Source of the DNA: Octopus sinensis
Taxonomy: Eukaryota
Length of the DNA: 8,361 bases
Direction of reading: 5' to 3'
Assembly (NCBI RefSeq): GCF_006345805.1
Contig: NW_021828481.1
Location: 1 to 8,361, forward strand
Shown here: positions 1 through 8,361 of the stretch, piece after piece
Numbering within the stretch: the first letter of the stretch is position 1
Layout: each line of letters opens with the position of its first letter
Notes under the pieces: model-generated
Seen by the model: only the letters and a program-made list of their open reading frames with translations
The model's database searches: none
What the model was told of the DNA's origin: nothing
Position numbers and translations under genes: made by a program

Positions 1-87
1 TTAGCTGTGGCAGCAGTGATATTGGATAATGGTTGTGGTGGTAGTGATAGTAGTGCTGGTTGTAGTGGTGGTGGTGATGTTGGTGTG
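1..87. repeat. Degenerate GGT/AGT/GAT trinucleotide low-complexity tract (probably continues beyond the window edge)
   Basis: Mosaic of gtg/ggt/agt/gat triplets, G/T-rich on +. This is the opposite polarity to the C/A-rich tracts at 3388-5262. Confidence 0.85.
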
Positions 88-180
88 GTAATATATGTAC
101 CATCTATGTATTGAGGTCGATACTATCCACTTATCTCCCCCCACCAACATTTCTAGCCTTGTGCCAAAATCGCAAACTAC
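88..180 (+). mobile_element. Degraded 3' portion of a SINE (octopus-like family)
   Basis: 'gtacc...gaggtcgat...acttatctccccc...tttctagccttgtgccaaaat..aaac' resembles, from memory, the 3' end of an abundant octopus SINE (...gtaccag..ctggggtcgat..gactt..cccc..gccttgtgccaaaatttgaaacc). No tRNA head is visible. Recall only, not database-checked. Confidence 0.4.
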
Positions 181-278
181 TCTTTATACAACCATTCTTT
201 CCATGTTTATAATTAATGGTTAGGGTTAGGGTTATAATATCAACGGTTTATACCTATGCCTTATATTCACCTGAAAGG

Positions 279-610
279 GGCCTAGAGCAATTCTCACTAC
301 TTTTGCAGGCGCTCGCAGAATGGCCCAACCATTCACTGATGTCTAGCTTCAATAGGCAGAGTCAAGGACCTTTGCAGACACTTCCACTACCGTGAGTTCA
401 ACTCAGTCATTCTTGGAGAAGCGGTGTCTAGGGCCTTTGCAGGTTCTCTCGCAATTTCTTAGTTAAAGACATTCGATGCCTAACTTGGAAGGATAATGTC
501 CATGACCGTTACAGGCCCTCCATTTCAGTGCAGCTCATTCGAATACGGTTAATGTCAAACTTGAGGAAGCAGCGGGAAGGCCTTTGCAGATTCTAGGATT
601 TCTCAGACTG
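279..610 (+). repeat. Degenerate ~65-75-bp tandem repeat (5 units), possibly a decayed protein-coding repeat
   Basis: CCTTTGCAG-like motif at 300, 369, 434, 506 and 581 (spacings 69, 65, 72, 75). CATTC follows 30-39 nt later in units 1-4 (330, 408, 470, 536). Confidence 0.6.
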
Positions 611-765
611 GGATAGATAACGTCTTACTTGCGATACGCGGTGAGGCGAGAGCGGCGCCCAGCACATCTGTTGACCCTCCGAGAATGCTCAAATCAACAT
701 GATTAATAAACAGTTTGTAGAGGTGGTACCTAAGGTATTGGCAGACCCTCTTAGTATCGTCAAAT

Positions 766-1080
766 AATTATAGATGATTTAAAGCAGAATGGTATAACGA
801 CTATTGGGTTACGGCAAGTAACCTTAGATGCCAAGAGCCCTCCTAAGTATCTTAGTTGTCCCTAATAACAGTTCTGGAGCTGTACTAAACTAGGTTTCGT
901 GCCTATTTCCTTTATCCATCTGTTTCAGATCTTTAGCGATAGTTTCCAATACACCTGTAACTACTGCGATACATTTTACCTGCACTATCCATAGTCTCTC
1001 TAATTCAATACCCGTCATGTTGATTTTTTCATCATTTGGGACTGTAAAGTCAATCATCTGGCACTTTCTATTCTCTTTAT

Positions 1081-1124
<44 letters not shown>

Positions 1125-1140
1125 GCTGCTGCTGCTGCTG

Positions 1141-1194
<54 letters not shown>

Positions 1195-2213
1195 CCAAAT
1201 CAGGCCTTCTAGTTTTCTATTATTGTCAGTCTGAATGTTAAAGTCCCCCAACATCTTGTATTTCTTACTTTCTAGTAATTTACTAGGTTCATGTTCATTC
1301 CATTTATCAGTATGTTCAAATCCTAGTTTTCTACATAGCTCCCAGTGGATTGCGCTTTCTAGATTGTCATGTCTTTTCTTGTATTCTTTCTGTGTTAGCA
1401 TGCTACATTCACTTACTATATGAGTAACACTTTTCTCTTTTGAATTGCATAACCTACATTGGGAATCTATTTGGGCGTTTTCTCTATCTTGGCTTTTATC
1501 CAAATTGGTCCTTAATGCTTAATCTTATGCAGCTACTAAGAAACTTTCTGTCTCCATCTTCAGCCTTTTCTTCTGCAACCAAAACCATGTCTCACTACTG
1601 CTACTTGCCGCAACTATCTTTTGGAATTTACCATGCAACACCTTTCCCTGCCAGTCATATTTTCTGTTCTTTTTTCTGGTTTTTAACTTCGTTTGGGTGT
1701 TTGTTTTCTCTATGTCTGTGATTCTATGTCTATGTCTGTGATTCTAGCAGCAAGGAGTCTACACAAGCCAACTTCACGCAGTTTTCTACTGATGTTAACC
1801 ATCTCCTGCCTTCCTTTCTAGGTAAGTATAATCTTGCTACTCCTGCGCTTGGGTGGAGTTCTCCATTCATATTTAATTCCTTCCTAGTTCTGTTTAGCTT
1901 TGCTAATTCAAGTTTTGTCCAATCTGCAAAAGCTGCTGAGTATCTTAGTAATGATTCTGCCCAAGTATTTACAGCCTTCACTAGATTCGAACCATTTAAC
2001 TTTGACTTCATTAGCTTCCTCCCCTCCTGATGTACTTCTTAATTTTCGTTTTCATTTCTATAGTTAGTACTCTATCAGATTCTAATACTCCTAGATACTT
2101 ATAACTCTCTCCTCCTTTCAGTGGTTTTAATGTCTAGCCATCTGGTAACTCGATGCCTTCGCTATTGACTACCCGTCCCATTCTCATGACTAATATGGCA
2201 CCCTTATCTATGC
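766..2213 (-). mobile_element. 5'-truncated, inactivated RLE-type non-LTR retrotransposon of the R4/Dong clade (element A): RT C-terminus, thumb, CCHC knuckle, RLE and short 3' UTR
   Basis: Minus-strand translation from 2213: SIDKGAILVMRMGRVVNSEGIELPDG*TLKPLKGGESYKYLGVLE (late RT, KYLG motif); KSKLNGSNLVKAVNTWA..LLRYS...W...EL...HP...RLYLPRKEG (thumb); WQGKVLHGKF...WFWLQ..LKMETESFLVAA*D*ALRTN; CRLC..KSVTHIVSEC...EYKKRHD...IHWELC (CCHC knuckle); RRPD...DKENRKCQMIDFTVPND..ELERLW; LGTTKILRRALGI* (stop 824-826). Contains multiple stops and frameshifts and a 20-bp tandem duplication at 1709-1746. The 3' boundary is approximate. Confidence 0.9.
1082..1192. repeat. Compound microsatellite (TAC)13 TTC (TGC)6 (TAC)17 inside the RLE domain of element A
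   Basis: Counted directly: 111 bp = 37 triplets. Confidence 0.97.
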
Positions 2214-2280
<67 letters not shown>

Positions 2281-2297
2281 TATAATAAGAATAATAA
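2214..2297. repeat. (TAA)n microsatellite: (TAA)22 TTA (TAA)2 GAA (TAA)2
   Basis: Counted directly. Confidence 0.97.
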
Positions 2298-2742
2298 CCG
2301 GATATTATCATAAAAGATCAGACAAAAAGGATGTGTTTATTAATTGACATGAGTATTCCTTGCGATCACAATATCGCGGCGAAAGAATTTGACAAGATTA
2401 GTAAATATAAAGACTTGCTGATAGAAATTGAAAAAATGAGGCATCTCAAGGCGACTACAGTACCAGTGATTGTAGGATCTCCAGGAATGATAAAAAAAAG
2501 GTACTAATTGAAAATGATATGGCTTACCATCCCTACAGGAAGTACAAAACATCGTGTTAACTGGAACGGCTCATGTACTGAGAAGAACATTACTGCTGTG
2601 AAAACAACATCAATTCATGAATTTATTTATTCATTAATTTGCGTGTAATCTGGGAATGCATACTATGAGCTTCTCTGCCCTAGGTGTACGGAAAACACTC
2701 GGCGACAAACAGAAGAAAATTTGAAGAAGAAAAAATAATAAT
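2293..2742 (+). mobile_element. Severely 5'-truncated R4/Dong-clade non-LTR retrotransposon (element B): RLE domain plus 3' UTR
   Basis: From 2298: PDIIIKDQTKRMCLLIDMSIPCDHNIAAKEFDKISKYKDLLIEIEKMRHLKATTVPVIVGSPGMIKK (PD..D..K RLE signature). After a frameshift in the A-run near 2490-2499 it reads GLPSLQEVQNIVLTGTAHVLRRTLLL* (TGA 2599-2601). About 140 nt of 3' UTR ends in aaaaaTAATAAT (2731-2742). TAA on both sides fits the known TAA-repeat preference of Dong elements. This frame is absent from the ORF track. Confidence 0.88.
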
Positions 2743-3170
2743 GCTGAAGAACAAGAGGAAAAGTTTCAGTTGCAGAAGAAGAAAAAAGAGAGAAAAAGGA
2801 AAGAAACAAGACTTAAAAGCAACACATTTAAAATAGGAATTTGTGAGAAAGAGAGAGAAAGAGAAGAGAAATAAGATGGCGAAGAGGTTGGAGATGGAAA
2901 AACTGAATTTATGTCGAACGAGAAATATAGGAAAGAAAAAAGAAAAAGAAATGAAAGAAAGAAAGAAAGAAAGAATGACTGAATGAATGGAAGATGCAGA
3001 CAACAAAGAAGGAAGGAAGGAAAGAAAAATGACAGACAGAACGAAAGAAATAAATATGGAAAGAAAAGTAGAATTGGAAGGAATAAATAAAACAAAATGA
3101 AAGAAAATAATATGGCAAGAAATAGAAAAAAGATAAGAAGAAAATATAAAGAGAAGAAAGAAGATAAGGA
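2743..3170. repeat. Purine-rich low-complexity tract (GAA/GAAA/GGAA/GA)
   Basis: + strand is dominated by A and G, with short (GAAA)n near 2951-2974 and (GGAA)n near 3007-3022. Confidence 0.85.
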
Positions 3171-3387
3171 AAGGTGATGTGGTATGATGGAATGGTGGCG
3201 GTGGTGTTGCTGTGACGTTCCCTTATGGTTTGTTGTATGATGACAAACCTTTCATCGCTGTCATCAAATGTTTGTTGTTAAGGGGGTTAATTCCTGTTTG
3301 TCATCTACACGTCCGCCATCATCCTATTAGGACGCCATTACTATTGCAGTTCCCCCTGTATGTTTGGTCTTCTCGTTCTTCCATGTT

Positions 3388-3436
<49 letters not shown>

Positions 3437-3483
3437 GGTACTGCTACTGCTGCTGCTGCTGCTACTACTACTACTACTACTAT

Positions 3484-3538
<55 letters not shown>

Positions 3539-3950
3539 GCTACTACGACGACGACGACGACGACGTCCACCACCACCACTGCCGCCGTTATTACAACGAC
3601 CACTATCACCACCAGTGTAAACAATACACCACCACTACTGTCACCACCACCACCACCACCACCACCACAAAGCACTGTCCCACCGTCGACACTATAACCA
3701 CCACCACCATCACCACCATCACCAGTACCAACATCAGAGCTAACAACACAAACACTACCACCCACACCAGCGCAATCACTATATGTACCACTACCGCCGC
3801 CAATACGATCAATAGCACAAGAAGTTCCACCACCACAGCAGCAGCAGCAGCAGCAACAACAAAAACAACAACAACACTACCAAACACCTCCACTACTGCT
3901 TCTACTACGAAAACTCTCCACCACCACCACCACTGCCGCCACCACCATAC
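3388..3950. repeat. Compound trinucleotide tract TAC/TGC/GAC/CAC/CAG/CAA
   Basis: (TAC)16 TGG TAC TGC TAC (TGC)5 (TAC)6 TAT (TAC)18 TGC (TAC)2 (GAC)6 GTC (CAC)4, then degenerate CAC/CAA/CAG. Confidence 0.95.
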
Positions 3951-4077
3951 TTGGACGTTTGAAAAGTGAATGTTCGCTTTAACCGGATTAGAAGAAGATA
4001 GAAGAAAGAAATTCTTTGAAAAGAGTTGGGCGAGGAGAGGGCGACTTCTGCTCGACGGAGAGTCGTTGTTTCTGTTA

Positions 4078-5262
<1,185 letters not shown>

Positions 5263-5659
5263 TTCTCATCTTAGTTCTCAACGCAGCATTATTATAAGAA
5301 TCCTCTTCATCCCCAATGTAATAGCATCATCGCAGAAAACAAGTTATTGATATTTCGAATTATTGCGCATGCTGGAATCGCCTTGTAAGAAAATATTTGT
5401 CAAAGGGTAAACATCGAAATTTCAAAACGGACAGAAAATATTGCAAAAGTAGACCAACAAACGTATACTCAGACAGTTGAAATATTTACAAAAGTGATAA
5501 ATACACGAAATATTTGTAGAAAAAACACATACATAAGAAAGATATACATGGAATATATATACGAGAAAAATGTGAAACAAGCAGGAATCGCGCGTATTGG
5601 AACGTTGGGTATATCTATATCTGTTTTTCTGTGTTTATTTCAGCTATACATCCGTACGA

Positions 5660-5751
5660 AAACGCAAAGAATATATACATACACACACAAACATATATAC
5701 AAAAAACATATGCGCGCGCACACACACACACACAATATATATATATATATT
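5660..5751. repeat. TA/CA/CG dinucleotide microsatellite cluster
   Basis: Short runs of (TA), (CA), (CG) and (TA) in succession. Confidence 0.85.
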
Positions 5752-5753
5752 AA

Positions 5754-6462
5754 CGAGCAAAACTCCCCCCGTCCAATGGACGGTGCTGAGTTGTCAAACA
5801 TTTAAACCAAATTTTCTCAAAACAACTTCTCCAAACGTCCAATAGGCCTCTCCTTTGAGAAACACTGATTTAACCTAAATTTGAGAGACCAGCAAAAGAA
5901 GAAATAGAGATAGGCTTTTTTCCTAGTCCAAAGAAAAACGATTTTATTCACACAAATATGCAACCGAAGAGTTTAAAGTACCAGTAATGATAAGGCTATT
6001 GACTGGGAGAACACAAACATAGTTTAAACAGTAAGCTTGGCAGGAAAGAAACGTGCCTTTAAGCAGTACAAAAACAACAAAAAATGGAAAGTGCAGTTAT
6101 GTACAGGTTGACGGAAGAAAAGCAGGACAAAAACGATGCATGCAATGGGTTAGCTGGAGGTAAATCTAGATGGAAAAGCATGATGAATTTATGAGAACGT
6201 ACCTGGGACAATAAGTTTAGTGCATTTTTCTCGCGTACGAGTAGTATCGATCGCAACAGCTGATGTACTTGCGCATACAAATGCACGTTCCCACGACTTT
6301 TCCGATCGCATTCTCACCTGGAATCGATTTTTGTAATTTTTTCAAGACTTATACACGCCCTGATACCGTCGGTATGTACATATCAAACTTGAGCGCAATC
6401 GGATGGAGGATGCCCGAGATCTAGAAGACACACAGGACAGACGAACGGATTTTATATATATA
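5754..6462 (-). mobile_element. Probable non-autonomous Helitron-like element (~700 bp)
   Basis: The minus-strand 3' end reads CCGTCCA-T-TGGACGG (7-bp inverted repeat, 5769-5783), 11 nt, then CTCG|T, matching Helitron hairpin + CTRR geometry with one mismatch. The minus-strand 5' part reads atatataaaatccgttcgtctgtc...gatctcggg...ccgattgcgctcaagtttgatatg, resembling the GTCY-microsatellite and ccgatt..aaa.ttg block of Lep1/DINE-like non-autonomous Helitrons. The 5' TC terminus is not seen. Confidence 0.6.
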
Positions 6463-6511
6463 TAAATAAAATCCATATAAATATCTATATATATATATAT
6501 AATTATATATA

Positions 6512-6549
<38 letters not shown>
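6452..6549. repeat. Imperfect (TA)n tract
   Basis: Directly visible. Confidence 0.92.
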
Positions 6550-6551
<2 letters not shown>

Positions 6552-6714
6552 CGCAGGAGTGGCTGTGTTATAAGAAACATAATCTCCAACCACATAGTTC
6601 TGGGTTCAGATCTACTGCGTGGCATCTTGAGCAAGTGTCGTATGCTATAGGGAGGGCGACGGAAGCCCTATCGGTGGGTTTTGGTGGACGAAAGCTGAAA
6701 GAGGCCCAACGTAT
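6550..6714 (+). mobile_element. tRNA-derived SINE, diverged copy (octopus-like family)
   Basis: Starts GGCGCAGGAG. A-box-like GTGGCTGTGTTAT (6559-6571) and B-box-like GGTTCAGATCT (6603-6613), then CORE-like CATCTTGAGCAAGTG (from 6623). Ends gaaagctgaaagaggcccaacg followed by (TA/TG)n. Confidence 0.8.
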
Positions 6715-6785
6715 ATGTATGCATATATGTATATGTACATGTATATATATATATATACATACACATATATACACACTAACACACA
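6715..6785. repeat. TA/TG/CA dinucleotide tail after the SINE
   Basis: Directly visible. Confidence 0.85.
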
Positions 6786-7336
6786 TGTCTTTCTTCTCCC
6801 CTCTTAATTCCTTCTTTCCCTCTTCTCCCCCTTTGGTACCTTCGTCCCTCTTTTTCTCTCTCTATTGATTCCTTTGCCCCCCTTTTTTTTCTCTCTCTTC
6901 TCCTCACGTGACCGCTGGTCAACCAGCTTTTCGGCTTCTGACCAGCGCCAAGAGAACATCGTTTCTTCGTCTGCCGAAAAAGGCATTTTTTTCCAAATAC
7001 GCCAGCTAAACTAAGTTGTACGTCTTTAGTTGTAACACCCGCTGTTTTTGTCCTGTTATTACTATTATTGTTTTGTGATTTATATTCGTGTGGCATCGTC
7101 CGTTCGTTTTTGTCCTTGTTTTCGTATACATTCGATCCTTTTTCCAAGAAATCTAATGCTCGTAGCTTAGTTTTTCCTTGGGGCTGGTCGCGATCGGAGC
7201 GATCTCAAGATTAATCAGCCGAAATTGCGAGGATGATCAGGTTCTTGACTGAAGATTGGAGGCTTTCGAATGTCCCGTCCGTGTTTTTTGTATCGTCTTT
7301 AAATGTTTTACGTTCTTGTCCCAGTTTGTATTTTTC

Positions 7337-7339
<3 letters not shown>
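6786..7339. mobile_element. Unclassified interspersed repeat (CT-rich arm plus ~430 bp of complex sequence) bounded by (TA)n
   Basis: Complex, relatively CpG-containing sequence between TA tracts. The 'aatctaatgctc.tagcttagtttttccttggggctgg...cagccgaaattgc' block resembles an abundant octopus repeat from memory. Class not determinable here. Confidence 0.4.
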
Positions 7340-7378
<39 letters not shown>

Positions 7379-7471
7379 GTTACGGAATTATATATATATA
7401 TATAAGAGTACGTAATTAATATATTATATATATATATATATATTATATATATTATATATAATATATATTTA
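7340..7471. repeat. (TA)n tract containing two embedded copies of the left end of the adjacent LTR-like element
   Basis: aagagttacggaat at 7375-7388 and aagagtacgtaat at 7404-7416 lie within TA runs. Confidence 0.85.
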
Positions 7472-7758
7472 TATAAGAGTTACGGAATGGAGTTTGGAAT
7501 CCGGGCTACCTTATGATTCATAGCGAATGGAACCTCAGAAGAATGTAAAATCAAGGTGAGGTGTATAACACTAGCTACGCTTCAGGCCCAGGATATCTTT
7601 GTTAAATTAAAGGCTACATTGTTGCAAGGAGGTACATGTTGACGCAACATTCCCTCTCAATAAACCATTATTGTTTCATGAAAGTTGTCTTCTTTTATAT
7701 TCACTACGGATTGCTTGAAGCTAACTATCTTCCTACACCTCGATCCCTGGATCTTACA
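7472..7758 (+). mobile_element. Probable solo LTR (287 bp)
   Basis: Termini T(A)TAAGA (7472-7478) and TCTTACA (7752-7758) form a 7-bp inverted repeat with one mismatch that would restore TG...CA. AATAAA at 7659-7664 lies ~95 nt before the end. Possible imperfect 4-bp TSD TTTA/TTCA. No PBS, PPT or internal coding sequence adjacent. Confidence 0.55.
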
Positions 7759-7761
7759 TTC

Positions 7762-8062
7762 ATATATATACATATATATGTGCATATTGTTTGATTATGT
7801 GTGAGCGCGTGCGTGTGTTTCATTTAATTATATCTATGTGTGTGTGTGGTGTGTTGTGATGTATGTGTATATATATATATATATATATATTAGATATATA
7901 TATATATATATATATAAATATTTGTTTTTTATGTGCATACTTTCTCACGCACAATACACGTACATACAAGCGTACGTACAGACGCACAGACTAATTTTTG
8001 CATATATAATATATATATATATATACATATGTATATGAGTGTGTTTGTGTGTGTGTGTGTGT
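7762..8062. repeat. TA/TG dinucleotide low-complexity region
   Basis: Several (TA)n and (TG)n runs. Confidence 0.85.
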
Positions 8063-8361
8063 TTCTGAGCGCGTTTGTTTCTGGTGTGTATAATGTTTGT
8101 AAACTGATATCTTATGCAACATGTCCTCGTTTAACTTTCTCTGCTCTGCAGCATATTCAAAATAACTTCCGCAAACATACGCCAAATTCTCTCGAATTCT
8201 TGTAATCATTGCTCAATTCTTGGAACACTCAGACCGCAGATTGCATTACTCTCTACAAATTCTTAGCATTGACAATTCCTCCCGCCAAACATGACACTAT
8301 ACTCACAACTACGGTGAAGACAGTTAAAAGATGTTAAATGGAGGAAAGACAGCTGATGTTT

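Noticed and set aside
218-234. Telomere-like GGTTAGGGTTAGGGTTA
   Set aside because: Only about 2.5 units, too short to call an interstitial telomere; such dimers occur by chance or within repeats.
300-589. CRISPR-like repeat-spacer reading of the CCTTTGCAG array
   Set aside because: Anchors are only 9 bp, the spacers share motifs with one another, the context is eukaryotic and there are no cas genes.
766-2742. Twin-priming inversion of one retrotransposon
   Set aside because: Both arms encode the same RLE region with clearly different sequences, so they are separate elements.
2680-3118. Phe/Leu/Ser-rich, membrane-protein-looking ORFs on -
   Set aside because: Translation of the pyrimidine strand of the purine-rich tract, open in three frames.
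5390-5520. Recurrent AAATATT motif and imperfect repeat gacag..aaatatt..caaaagt (5430-5450, 5472-5495)
   Set aside because: Short and AT-rich; at most a small local duplication with no further structure.
5985-6075. AIDWENTNIV peptide faintly resembling the Penelope GIY-YIG IDW.N..IL motif
   Set aside because: Short match bracketed by stops, with no upstream YIG motif or downstream EA motif.
6550-6625. tRNA gene
   Set aside because: A/B-box-like motifs are present but no cloverleaf forms, and a SINE body follows.
5494-8205. Ile/Tyr/His/Thr-rich short ORFs in the right-hand part of the window
   Set aside because: Products of (TA)n/(CA)n/(TG)n runs and repeat fragments.
8120-8361. Possible exon after a polypyrimidine tract and CTGCAG (~8133-8151), and ORF 7991..8209 on -
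   Set aside because: All three + frames after the acceptor stop within about 40 codons, there is no recognisable homology, and the - ORF runs into TG/TA repeats.

Overview
AT-rich eukaryotic DNA made almost entirely of transposable-element relics and microsatellites, with no supportable intact host gene. The repeat content (a tRNA-headed SINE starting GGCGCAGGAGTGGCTGTG, huge CAT/TAC/CAC tracts, TA-flanked elements) resembles what I recall from octopus genomes; that assignment is inference. Left to right: a degraded SINE tail (~88-180); a decayed ~70-bp tandem repeat with codon-like variation (~279-610); two different 5'-truncated, dead R4/Dong-type RLE non-LTR retrotransposons (766-2213 on -, 2293-2742 on +) lying 5'-to-5' across one (TAA)n tract; a purine-rich tract; a ~1.9-kb trinucleotide mosaic (3388-5262); then a probable non-autonomous Helitron, a SINE, an unclassified repeat and a probable solo LTR, each delimited by (TA)n. 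Most listed ORFs are stop-free microsatellite or low-complexity artefacts. Only 890..1198, 1189..1503 and 1730..2011 (all -) are real protein relics. I found no clear novel functional system; the strongest unexplained signal is the 279-610 repeat.
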